Below, in pieces: positions 1-12,192 of a stretch of 64,000 nucleotides of DNA. Origin of the DNA: Thalia democratica (Eukaryota). Within the stretch, counting starts at the first letter, position 1. Each line of letters opens with the position of its first letter. A model generated the notes under the pieces. That model was given only the letters and a program-made list of their open reading frames with translations. It searched no databases and was not told where the DNA came from. The position numbers were made by a program, and so were the translations under genes. The stretch covers positions 21,576,001-21,640,000 of the forward strand of contig OZ241834.1 of NCBI GenBank assembly GCA_965202585.1, given 5' to 3'.

Positions 1-2332
1 AAACGTCCCACTTTCTGGGTTGACTTAGAAGTTGGTAATGGCTTTTGGTGAAGAATAAAAAAGAAATAGTTTTCGCTCTTTTATTCTGTAACTGATATCA
101 TCGTTGAAAGTCGACACCGCTAGACTGATGTTTCGATAAGAACTGTTTTGAAGAAATTGAACTACTCAAATAAAAACAATTTTAAAACTGTGTATGTAAA
201 AAAAAACGTTTGCTAAACTTGAGTTTTTTATCACTATATCGTTGATAAAACAAATATTGAAGTCAATGGATTATAAAAGATAAAGCAATTACTATTTTCA
301 TAACTTTTATAGATAGAATCCTGGACTTTTAATTTAGGATGTCGATAGAAATAAGATATTTTCAACTTTTATTTTTTTTCTAACACTTCATATATTGGTT
401 TCGAGTGCACAACCATCCAAGTTAAGACAATTAAAATTCCAATAGTTAAAATTTTAATAATGCTGTGCTATTAATAATTATACTTTTGGTGAGTATTAGA
501 ATAAAATTAAAAAAATCAACATTCTACCATTATAGTTTAACTAATTAGATCTACAAGAATATTTTTGCTTATTTTTTTCGAGTTTAAACAATTTTTTAAA
601 TATAGCTAGAATAAGTTTTAAAACTTACTAAAATATATACTTATTATTTTTCAGTTTTTATAAATAGATTTTCAGATGTTTTTAAAACCATTATAACCTA
701 TCTTTTTAGACCAAAATGAAATTGTTTTTCAAATACTAACTTGTTTTTGAGATGTGGCCTAAAAACTTTTTTTTAAATAGAAATTTGAGTTGTTTGAGTT
801 TGAATTTTCAGAACTTGAATTGTCATGTAACCATAGGTCATAATATTGATGTTATTTAAAAAAATAAATGCATATTACTGCAATAGTTGTTTCTTAAGAA
901 CTCAAACACATTTTAAATTAACAAGCTATACTAACTGAGCTATTACAAACTAATGTTAAGTCTTAGGTTATAGCTGAAAAAGTTAGTTTATTAAGACTCG
1001 GTAACATATTTAAAAAACTTAACAAAGAAGTAAAAAAAATAAGTTTGCTTGAAAAAAAAATTCTTATAAAAAATAAAAATTAAACAAAAAGTCATAAAAA
1101 TTTATAAAATACGTTTATGCATATACATCTTTCGGCATACTTATTTTAGTCGAAAAATTTTTGTTTAAGTGAACAAAATTTTAAACTTCGTATGTAATCT
1201 GTTTAGGTTTAGCAAGGTACTTTAATTGTAAGTTATATATATATATATATATATATGTATTTTTACTTGTTTTAGTACCAGTTCACAGGTAACTTAGTTT
1301 TTAAGATAAACTAAACAAAAAGCATTTAGTATAAAATTATTTAAACTTACTTACATTTTATATAACTTTGAAACAAAACAAATCGAAAACTTAAGTTAGT
1401 TTTTCGAATTGAATTAAATAAAAAACATAATTCCGACCATACAAACTTTTGAAGTTAATTTTTATGTAGTAATTAAAACAAAAAATAAGATTCTTAAAAA
1501 AAAAATACTGTAACTGAAACTTTTATTCGAAACGTAGATTGTAAACCGTAATATTAATATTGAATATGTTTTCGAGTGTATTATTACGTTATGAAAATTT
1601 GTACAAAAAACTTCAGTTGATTATTACGGCATTGAGGTAGTTTAGCACAAACGTTCTATTTATAAATTCAGCCTTTTGAAGCTGACCCGAATTTCACGGT
1701 TCGGCCTAAGAGCAAGGAAAATGATTAGCACTAGTGTCAGTGGACTTTGTTTTAAGACACTTTTAATCTTATCCTACAAACTGTTTTTCAATAAACACAG
1801 CGGTCGCTGATCAAAAGTTGAAACGTTTAACACTTTTGTTGAAAGCTTATTTTGATACCGATGAACGAGCTTTAAGTGCATTGCTCAAATCATTTTCTCA
1901 TTATTTTATCTTTAAATTACCAGAAGGTGTACAATTTACATAGCTAGATATATTGTCTAGCATTTTTCAAAATCACTGATGGTTTAAATTCTCTGTGTAA
2001 TAAAAGTAGTTGGCTAAAAGCATAAGTACAACTTTAAAATTATTCTATGTTTTATTTATAACTCAAAATTTAACATTTTTAAGTAAGCTGAACATTTTTT
2101 GAGTGATATTGAAAAATGAAAGTTATTTGAAAGTCATAAAGCAAAATAAAATGATAAAGTTATCAGTTTTTTTATATAAAAATAATTGAAGACGTTTTCT
2201 AGAAAAATATTTTTATTTTTTAAAATTGACTAATAAAGTTATGTATAACCCTATTTATTTTGAGAGTTAGACAATTTAGAGAGCTACTTACAAAAGGAGC
2301 CTAAATGAATATGATTAAAACAAAATTTCTAC

Positions 2333-2377
2333 TGAGTTTATTGCTTTACAAATGTTTCTCGCTAACGCGATGGTCTA
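2333..2377 (-). repeat. Inverted, core-degenerate copy of the same hammerhead motif; forms a 31-bp inverted repeat with 2433-2463
   Basis: Reverse complement of 2345-2375 matches 2433-2463 at 28 of 31 positions. The core reads TAGACCA instead of GTGATCA. Confidence 0.75.
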
Positions 2378-2423
2378 TAGCTAGACTATATACAGTGTTT
2401 ATCCACTGGTACTTATTAGTTTA

Positions 2424-2468
2424 TTTGCTTGTGATCATCGCGTAAGCGAGAAACGTTTGTAAACCAAA
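2424..2468 (+). ncRNA. Minimal type-I hammerhead ribozyme motif (G3-C8 core variant)
   Basis: Helix I 5' TTTGCTT (2424-2430); core GTGATCA (2431-2437); perfect helix II TCGC-GTAA-GCGA with a GNRA loop; GAA; helix III AC-gttt-GT; GUA cleavage triplet (2459-2461); helix I 3' AACCAAA (6 of 7 pairs). Confidence 0.7.
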
Positions 2469-2818
2469 ACTATGGTTGTTTAAGACATCTACACATAAAC
2501 CGTTGTGAAAATAATAATGATTAATTTCTTCTTTCACATACAAGTACTTAAAAACAACTTGCAACAAGCTATTAACGGTAACCAAAACATAAACACGCTA
2601 TAAGCTTTCACCCAATCGGAAGCAGCAATTAGCAAATACTCACACTAATCAAACACGATGCTTAAACCTGCAAGCTTTTTCTCAACCCTAGTTTAATTTT
2701 TCACGCCGAAACCGATCTAGAAATCACCCTTCGAAAAAAATTTCGTGCGCATTAATCACCAGCGTGCAGTTGAGCTGGGAGAATGCCGACCGCAGGTAGA
2801 ACGGAAAACAAAATGAAA

Positions 2819-2832
2819 GGGTCAAAAGTTCA
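2819..2832 (+). promoter_or_regulatory. Candidate DR2 retinoic-acid response element
   Basis: GGGTCA-aa-AGTTCA is an exact RG(G/T)TCA-N2-RG(G/T)TCA match inside a GC-elevated noncoding island 5.7 kb upstream of the Hox2 homeobox exon. Confidence 0.5.
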
Positions 2833-2993
2833 CGCGCACCTGCTTTGCTTCTTTAGAGATGGCGCGCTGCTTCTTGCCCTCATCGCAGGACCTCGAGTGT
2901 TCTGAACGCTGGTACGCTGCAGCGAACTTGCCGTTTCGCCCGGGGACAATTCGTTTGATCTCGCGCCGCCGATCGGCTATCTGCTGAAAAGTC

Positions 2994-3038
2994 ATCAATC
3001 AATCGCGGCGGTGACATTTGAAAGCGCTCCGTTGTCAG
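2994..3038 (-). promoter_or_regulatory. Candidate Pbx-Hox1 bipartite site with adjacent TALE (Meis/Prep-like) TGACA sites
   Basis: ATCAATCA at 2994-3001 is TGATTGAT on the minus strand. TGACA lies at 3012-3016 and CTGACAA (minus) at 3032-3038. Confidence 0.4.
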
Positions 3039-6000
3039 ATGCGCACAGCTGAGATGTTGTCGGGCGCACGATAACGGGTCGGCGGCTTCCATCTGTAGAA
3101 AGCATCGAGAACACAGAGAATCGGCAATGAGGGCATCAGATAACTTTTCTCTGTTTTCTCGAGATTACACGGCGCTGGGACATCTCTTGATGATTCGATG
3201 TTGCGACGCTTTCTATTTTGGGCGCGTGTTTGTTGTGACCTGCGCGCTCTGTTGGTGTTGGCAACATTTCCTCGATTATGCGAATTACCATGCATAATCC
3301 CGTTAAACCGTTTTGCTTTGAGTCTTTTTTTTTGTGTTTTTTCTTTTGCGTTTGCATACTTTTGGGTGGGCATGCGGCCTGTACACATTGAAGCTAGCTT
3401 TAAAAAACACAACAAAATTTAAAAATATAGTTGTTAGTTTTTGTTGTTTAAAATTATCTTGCTGTAGAAACTTCGTATAAAACAATTTTACATTAGATGC
3501 TATTTAATATATGTTTAAATGTATAACAAAAGTTTTGAACAAAAAAGTGAAGTTTATGAAGCTTTTATACAACTACATTTGCTAAGCAATAGCTTGTAAT
3601 TTTACAGAAATTCGATTTACAGAACTTAGTAATAACGAAAACCTGTTCAGCTATGATTAAAAACTGTATGTTTAAAAGCTTTTAAAGTCCTAAAAATCAT
3701 TAACAAAAAAGTTAATAAAGGAAAGAAACTTTTTATGACCATATCAAATTTTGAAAGTTTAAAAAAACTTAATGATTAAAGTTTTCACCAAACCGAAATA
3801 ACTCTTTCGCAAACAGTTTTATATTTGTACTATTTATATCTAATAAACCTTTTTATAAAAATTAACTTTTTATACAATCATACCTAAAATAAGTAAAACT
3901 TTATATTGAAAACTTGTTCTTAGGTAGGCTAAATGTTGTAAGTTGCGGTAAGAAGTAACTAATGATGACTAAAGATTACAAACTTTTTTATTGCTATTTA
4001 ATAATAATCCTAGCAGTAGTAGTATGGTAAAAAGTGAATCGATTAGATGATTAATAACATATTTTCTTTAATTTTTTCGTTATTCGTTTAATATTGTATA
4101 TATCTGTACCAGAGATGTTCTGATATAAGGTAGTAGAGAAACTAGTTAATAAAAATATGTTTAGCATTAGCAAAGTTTTTTTGTTTTTATTTTGTAAGCA
4201 CAAACGTTTTGTTTAAAAAATGCGGAGCTTTTAAATTCTTTCAGCTAAAAGATCTTTTTAATTTTCACATCTTTGACTAAAACAGTTTAGTATAAATATA
4301 GATACATTACAAAAAAGTGTACATGCCAGTTTTGTTTGTATCAAAACAATGTACCAGGAAGCAAAACAAAACATTTTCTTATAAATGTACATAGAAAAAC
4401 ATTTAAAACAATATTCAAGGTTAATTAAGCTTCTACTTGAAATTGGCCTTGTATTTATGGTCGAATGCATCTTTAATTGGCCGAGTTCTACAAAATATCA
4501 AATCTTATTTTGAACTTGATTTCTCTTTACTTTTCACTTAATTATTTTGAGAAAACATTGGTATAAAACATACAGTACAACTTTTTTTCAAAACAATTTT
4601 TTTTTTAACTATATAGAACATTTTTCTTTTTAAATTATACTGAACGGTTAGAAAATAAAGATTATTTAAAAATTTAAAAATTTTATAAAAAAGACATTAT
4701 ATTACTAACAAAAAATTCAAAATGTTATTTTTAATTTTTATGATTTATTTAATGTTTAGATGCTAACCCTAGCGTTAAAAAGTATTGCTAAAAAAAGTCT
4801 TAAGTGTTTATTAATATTTTACTAAACAAATAGTCAACACTCTAAACATAAATATGTTTTTACTTAATTTAAAGAAATTTATGGACATATATAGTTATTT
4901 TTAGTTATAAGTATAAACTCTTAAATTTCCCAGCCTCGAAGATTAGTTGATTTAAAGTCTGTAACAAAATAAGTTGCAAATCACTATAATGAAAAAATAC
5001 TCGTTTTGAAAAAAAAATTCTAAAGGTTTTTATGAGAACTACTTTCTTTTAACAGGGCAACTCATTACTCTAAGTATTTGTTTTTTGCAATATTTCATGA
5101 GAATTTTGTACATTAAAAACATTAAGAAGGACCATGTTACAATGAAAAATAAAAGAAATTCGCAACCACTGCGGTAACTTTTTAATAAAAAACATATATT
5201 GCTGATTTTATCTCGTTCGGTAAGCCCAGAGGCCTGCGAAATAAGCTTGGAGACCACCTAAGAAAAGTCACTTCTTTTGTATCTTCCTTTGAAATAATCT
5301 TTGCAGGGAGTCTCGGCTTGAAATAGCAAACTGTGATTAATTGATTATTCGGGGCAGATACAATTTTTTCTGTAATCAAATTTTCTGCAATCGCGCGCCT
5401 TATTATTTGCTGCAAGTTTTTAAGCAGTTTATGTCATGCGCGATTAAATCGTTACATTGGGTTTTGCAAATCGAAGTTGGTCGTTTATTTGTCTCGTGAA
5501 ATTACGCTTATTGGTTCTTGACAGGTTTATTGTTCGCGTAGATATATTGGCTTTTACGTTTTTGTATATTTCGTTAATTAAGAAAGTAATTTAAAAAAGC
5601 CATCTTCAGTATACAAATTTATAAAGACATCAGTTTTTTTGTATGGTTTGTATACAAGTTGACTTACTCAAGCTATATATATATATATATACAAAGGTTA
5701 CCTATAAAGTAATTGACACTGATTGAAACGATTACAACGCTAAACAGTAATTCAACCTGTAAACCTTTGCATTTTCAGAATTGGTAATTTACAAGAATAA
5801 TATCTTTAATAATTTTTAATAAAAATGCTTGTTCACAGCAATTCAACAAAACGTTTTGAAATATAGTTATTTTATGTCATACAAAACTATCAATACTTTG
5901 AATATTTTATATTTTTGATATGTTTATGGAATACTATTTATTACCTGCTAACCACTCATCAAAGTTTCAATGTTATTTTTTACGGTTTTTTTAACAATTA

Positions 6001-8502
6001 AAACTTTTATACAGCATTTGAAATCATAGTTGTTTTAGAAGTTGTTACTATACTTAAATAGTTTATACAATTTCAAGAGCTTTGCTAATTTATTTATGTT
6101 AAAAGCATTTTTAACAATCTATTAACTTAAAAAGTTGATTAAAATATATTTAGTTATAAACATTTTGGTCAAAGCAACTGGAGTTATCTTTGTTCACCTT
6201 TTGTCTCTTTTACTACAACAACTTTTTTATGTTTTGCACTTTAATCTCGAAATTTATCTTAAAACTTCAAAGAAAAGCCATGAATTAATAATACACCGAA
6301 GTATATGGAAAATGAGTGATGAAGTCCACATAATCTTTTTTGACCTTTGAAATTCTCTTAAATAACAATTTTTACTATCTGAATCTTTCTATTAACTTAG
6401 TAAGTTAAAAATAGAAATTAAAACAAGTTAAAAGTTACAATATTAATAAAAATAAGAAAGTATTTCGTTTTCAATACTTTTGTAAGCTTTTAATTTTTTA
6501 TGTGCGATTAATAAAATTTCCACTAATAAATTTTCTTTTCTTATAACATGGACAAAATACGTTTTCTTACAAGACAACTTTTGAATTCAACTTTAAGATA
6601 AAACTTTTGCTTCTAAATACCGCTTAAACAAGTAGAAACAAAATACATTTTGTGTACATAACACAAAAAAGCGTTTTAATTTTTTTTCTTAAACTTGAAA
6701 AATAAAAAGAAAACTTTAAAGTTATTGAAATCTAACCGAATTACGCAAACAAATTTTGTAAATTACTACTGGGTGGCACACATTTTGTAGCTACTTTGTG
6801 GCTCCATCCTCTTTCCACTCGTTTGCCTCGCCACACACAAGGAACTCCAGGTTCGAACTGTTGGAGACTTGCCAAAGAAAACTTAAACTTTAATTACATC
6901 AGCGGTGCCTAACGTCTGCACGTTTCAATTTTTTTTCAATATTCGAAAATGTGATATGAAAATTGTCTTAAGAGACTTTTGTCGTTAGTTGTAAGCTTGT
7001 TTTGAGGATTTTTTTTTTTTGAAATGCTCACTGGCGGTTGGTGTAATTTGCTGCAAGCAGAATTGGAAAAATACACTTAAAAAAAATTACAACAGTTAAA
7101 ATTTGTACATTTTCATAATAAAAATTAGTAAGTTTTTGCTAGATAGTAATATCGTACTACCATAAATTGTTTAAATATAGTGTTTTTAAAAGATTAAATG
7201 CTACTATTTTATCTAAAACAGTCTTACAGTGGGACCAGGAACAATAACAACCAAAAACGCTTTACTAAAATATAAGTTTGTATATATTTCAAGTATTGAA
7301 AGTTTTTTTTAGTATTTTGTTAAAACGTTGTGGGAGGTCTTAACTTATGCAATAATTTTTGTCTGAAATGGTTAAATATAACATTTGTTCAGTGTAAAAA
7401 AGAACGCAAAGACAATAAAAAGTTTGTTCATACCAGTCTTACGTATTTGTAAAACAATTTTCTGGTTTTGTTTTACTACTAAATACTTGGCTTAACAAAA
7501 AATTCTATGGATAACACTCAAAGATAATTTTTTTTGTAAAATTTTATTTTACACATCACAATATAACAAACTCTAAGTATGAGCTAAAATCAGGAAATAA
7601 ATTTATTAACTTTGAAAATAGTAAGACAATAGGTCGCCTTAAACTTTGTAAGTTTATTGCATAGTCAAATTTTTACTGATATATACTTTAATTTTTCTAA
7701 ACTGTTTTAGCTGTTTATTTATTTATTAGAATACTGTTTAAAACTGAAAACTTTTCTAAGCTTAAAACATTGAAAAGCAAAAAATAAAATACGGTGCGAC
7801 CTAATTTTGTATTAAGTAACTGATACATAAGGTAATCAAAGTTAGATCACCGTATAACATTTCAAAAAGTAAACAAAGTAGAAATGAAGAATAAACAAAC
7901 GTAATTGTATACCTACAGTATCAAGTTTTAGATTTAAGTAAAATAGATATGCTATATGATTTTATGTTACAATTTGTAAAATATTTTGTCATTGTATTGA
8001 TAAAACTAAAATCTCATTATTAGCAATTTTATTTTATTTCTGTAACTAAAACTGTGTAAAAACTAAGAAGATGTTGAAGAATTAAAAAAAATATATATAT
8101 CATTTTTGATATTAGGTAAACAACAAAATTTTATTATTTTTAATACAAATTTTAGGTTACTATTTACACAAATAGTTGTCTAAAGATGATTTTTATCTAA
8201 ATTATTTTTTTTTTACTCTTATCATTACTATATATTTAGATAAAGTAACCAAAAATTTTTCGTACATATCTTGTAAAAAAGAAGTATTCGTTTTATTTCA
8301 ATTAAAACAAAACTAGTTTTAAATCTATAGGAAAAGTTAGGAAGCAACGTTTAGAATTTCTATAACTTTGAAGCATTTGATTTTGAAATGTAAACTCTGC
8401 TTCACTATAACAGTTTACCGATAACGAAAAAAATTGGTTGAACGCATATAAAATAATCTAAAAATTTCTGATTTATTTTAAAAACTTATTACTGTCTTTA
8501 AG

Positions 8503-8650
8503 GAGTGCGATCTAGCGGGAAATCGAGAAGGTTGCGGACAGCCTACACGAACAATCAGCTGTTGGAGCTGGAAAAAGAATTCAACTACAATCGATACTTG
8601 TGTCGACCCCGCAGGATCGAAATTGCCTCTTTTCTCGACCTCACGGAAAG
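8503..8650 (+). CDS. Hox2: Hox2/proboscipedia-class homeobox gene, exon encoding homeodomain residues 1-43
   Basis: Acceptor tctttaag|GA GTG CGA at 8503. Translation [43 protein letters not shown] carries the PG2 signature ([16 protein letters not shown]). Donor AG|gttcga at 8651 (phase 2). Confidence 0.93.
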
Positions 8651-9563
8651 GTTCGACTGTTTTTATCTAAAACAATTATATTTTATTAACAATGCATCTC
8701 ACATTTCATTGATAATTTTATGAACAATAAAATAGATAACTTAAATTTTCTTTAATATGATAAATTAGATAATAAGATACAAAAAACAGCTTCGTTTAAA
8801 CTTAGTAAAAACAGTTTAAAAAGTACTCAACAAATTAGTTTTAAAGACTTTTTTCTATTAAATTACGATCATAGTTCAAAAAAGTTTTTAAAAGCCTATT
8901 TTCATAGTTGTGTTTTTTTTGTAGTTTTTAAAGAAAACATCAATGCTATTTTTCAAACTATTTGAAAAATAAAAACTAACAACTTTTAGTTTGTTTCATC
9001 GAGCTGTAAAATAGTACTTGTGTTTCATAATTTAAATACTAGAATTTAAAGAAATAAAACTATATTAAACTATAACCTTCTAGATAAGCTTTCTTTAATT
9101 TTACTTATTTTTTTTATTTTGTAAAATATTAAATAAGTATTTTCTATGTACTGCTAAATAAATATCTACACCACATCTAAAACTTGTTTACAATACTTTT
9201 ATTGTTTTTAACATACAAATGTAAACTTTATTGTTTCTTATTAAAAAATTCAAAAAACAAATATCTCATAATTTTAATAAACTAAACAAAGGTTCTTAAA
9301 AATCAATCGTGTTCTAAATTTCTTAGAAACATTCGTACAAAGCACTTATTCGTAACACCGCTTGAAATAAACTTACTCGCAGTTTAAATTGAGACGATCG
9401 AACAACCCACAGCATTAACAAGTTTAATCTATATTCATATCTGTAAGAAAGCGCTCCGGAAATTAAAAAGTGAATAAGTTTATTTGAGCCGTCTGTATCG
9501 TTTCAAAAACCTCGAGACTTGTAAAATATCATTCTTATCAATGAAATAATCTCGACCACAGGA

Positions 9564-9664
9564 CTGTCAATCACGCTTTTATATTTTCGATATTCAGCAT
9601 AATATGCTGTTAAAAATTTCTTGCTTTTTGTTAAATGTCAGACGCTGTAAAGACAATGATGGAT
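9564..9664. promoter_or_regulatory. Candidate Pbx-Meis/Prep decamer plus Pbx-Hox1 octamer in the Hox2 homeobox intron
   Basis: CTGTCAATCA at 9564-9573 is TGATTGACAG on the minus strand. TGATGGAT lies at 9657-9664. Both are in a GC-elevated island (~9350-9700). Confidence 0.42.
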
Positions 9665-11201
9665 ATTGAGTTCTCGTTTTGAGTGAAGCAATCTGTTTTT
9701 TAGGTGATTATTTCCACATCAAAATAAAAAAAATAACACCTGTTTTTTTTCTAATGTATAATTTGAGCAAATGTTTTTTTCAACTCACTGTAAACCAAAT
9801 ATTAGTTTAAATCTTTTTTTGATATTTATGTTTTAGTGTGGCTGTAGTATTAAATGGTACTCATGTTATTATGATTTAAAAGTAGTTTTGTGTTACCAAC
9901 ATATTAACGTTGAAAACCATTATAAATAAAAACTTACCTTTTATACTGAAAAATTTGATAGCAATTTGTACGATAGGTTATACAGAAAAAAGCGCTTAAT
10001 TTAAGCTTTAATTTGATCAAGCTTGAAAATTGTTTTATGTTTTAAGCTAAACATTATTGAGCATACGTTTTCTACAAAATCGAGACTTAATAAGTATTAA
10101 TGAGAAAAAAATTATTTTAGATAGTAACAGTATTAATTAATGAATTTTTTTCTTAAAACACTTGTAATAAAAATGAAAGAGTTATACTTATTTTTCACAA
10201 ATATAAATATCCTTGAAATACAAAAAGATAAAAGTTTTAATATTTTACAGTTCTAAAAACTGTTGTTAACACTGATTACCGATTAAAAAACTGTTTTACT
10301 TTATTTTATACTGACTAAAACATTTTAAAGTTGTAAACTAAATTCAGTACATTGTTAACTAAGTCCACACTTTTTAAAGTTCTCATGCTGTTGAGCGGTT
10401 TTAAAAAAGCTATAGTAAAAGTTTTCAACATGTAAGTAAAGTAAATTTTTATTAACTTGTAACAAAAACGTTTTAACTTTTTATACAGCGAGAATTTTTA
10501 GAGCTTTTTAATAGAATAATATCTTAACTTTTCTTAGATATAGTTTATTGATTAAAAGCCTATACAGAAAGCTTGTATTTTAAAAACTGAAAAACAATAC
10601 TTAAAACTCTTTGAAAACTTGTAGTAGTAAATAAAATGAGTATATTAGGTTAACATAATTATAAAATTTTGTTTGCTTAAAAACTAAAAATTGTTATAAC
10701 TCAAAGCTTATTTGAATGAAGCAAGTGGGTTGTGGTTATAGAACAATAAATAAAGAAAAAAGTTTCTGCTGCCGTAATATTTTGAAGCATTATATTTTTC
10801 TCCTTTTTACTGAATTTTACGTAAGTTTTGTATATAAACTTAATCAAAAGCGCCTAACTAACGTATTTCTAACCGTAAATAACATATTCTATTCAAACAC
10901 AAAAATAGTCTTAACTTTATTGAATTATTTTAGCCTGTTTTTTAGACTAAAAATTTTAATTTAAACTAGCTTAGAGTAATTAAAGCATCAATTAATCTAC
11001 TTTTTCATTTTAAAACACAATTAAAGTTCTAATAAAAACGCAGGTAAGAAAAAATTATAAAATCTACTCCGAAATTTTTGATTTCATTCAAAAATCGTAG
11101 AACCGACGCAAAAATCAAAAAACTAAAACTTTGTAGTAAGGAAACGTAAATTTAAACGAGATTAACTTTACTTAAATATTAACAAACAATAATACAAACA
11201 G

Positions 11202-12192
11202 GCAAGTGAAGGTGTGGTTCCAGAACCGCCGCATGAAGCACAAGAGGCAGCAGCAAGTGCAGCAACCACAGAGCTCTTCATCGGACGTACAGGACGCCAA
11301 CTTCTCCAACGACATCGGTCACTTGTCGGACGACCAGTGCGCTTCGCAGTACTCCTCCAACACGGCAGACTGCAACAACGAAGCCGACGTTCAGCTCAAC
11401 CACGAGCAGGGAGGTGAGAAGAAGCAGGAGGGAGGAAAAAATGAGGATGCGGAGTCGAGGGAGAACACGCCGCTGAGCGAGAAGTCGCTGAAGATAGCCG
11501 AGGAAGAGGACAGGAAGGCGGCCGAGGAGCAGAAAGTAACTGCCGAAGCGAACCACGGCGACCAGGTTTCGTTCGGCTGCAACTCCGCAAAAAATCAGCT
11601 TTCGAGCTCGAAAAAAGAAGAAAGCGACTTTGCGAGCAACCAGAGCAACCCTTCGAACCAGCAGAAAGACTGCGACGCTGAGAAAATGGACTCTGCGTCT
11701 AAAAACAACCACAGCGACTACACGGTCAAAGTGACCTTCGAGACGCCGAAGAAAGCCGGTGAGCAAACGCCGAGTGCGACTTCTTCCAGCGTTCCTAACT
11801 TCTACCCGCTCCAACCCGGTTTCGCCCCGGACCCGCACCCTTCAGCGGAGCCGTTCTACTCCTCCGCTCCGAACAACCCGGGGTACGGAGACTCCTCGGT
11901 GGCGGCTTGGAACACCAGGGAGTGCGACCGGCTGAAGAACTACTACAACGGGGCTTCGTACGACTTTCAAAACAACTACTACGCGTGGCACCACTCCAAC
12001 CAGTTCAGACCGGAGGCGCAAACCGCGGGAAACTACTATCCGCAGGGCGGCGCTGTCGGCGGCAACGGCTACTCGTCCGTGGACAACCTGAAGTCGATTT
12101 CTCAGTACGCGGGCTTTCAGTTCGGAGCCCCCGTGCCGCCCCAGGAGGTGAATCCCCTTAACCACAACGCGGGACAGCTGGCCGAGTACTGA
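11202..12192 (+). CDS. Hox2: Hox2 last coding exon (homeodomain helix 3 plus long acidic/Ser-rich and Tyr/Asn/Pro-rich C-terminus)
   Basis: Acceptor aaacag|G CAA GTG restores R43-Q44-V45, then KVWFQNRRMKHKRQ (PG2 signature). The 328-codon GC-rich ORF ends at TGA 12190-12192. Confidence 0.93.

Noticed and set aside
2880-3422. Overlapping ORFs on both strands (70-126 aa) as Hox2 exon 1 or a separate gene
   Set aside because: No YPWM-like hexapeptide or Hox2 N-terminal motif, no recognisable domain, and open frames are explained by local GC richness. A minus-strand acceptor-like site before 3092 exists, so an antisense exon is not fully excluded.
6791-6850. 60-nt AG...GT-bounded segment as an upstream Hox2 micro-exon
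   Set aside because: The frame compatible with the phase-1 acceptor at 8503 gives TLWLHPLSTRLPRHTQGTP with no hexapeptide; the more protein-like frame is out of phase. Needs cDNA evidence.
10716-10964. Short AT-rich ORFs in introns and intergenic DNA (e.g. 4258-4470, 16271-16510, 27888-28154, 46011-46250, 62823-63056)
   Set aside because: F/L/K/I/N-rich composition expected from random AT-rich sequence, with no splice or homology support.
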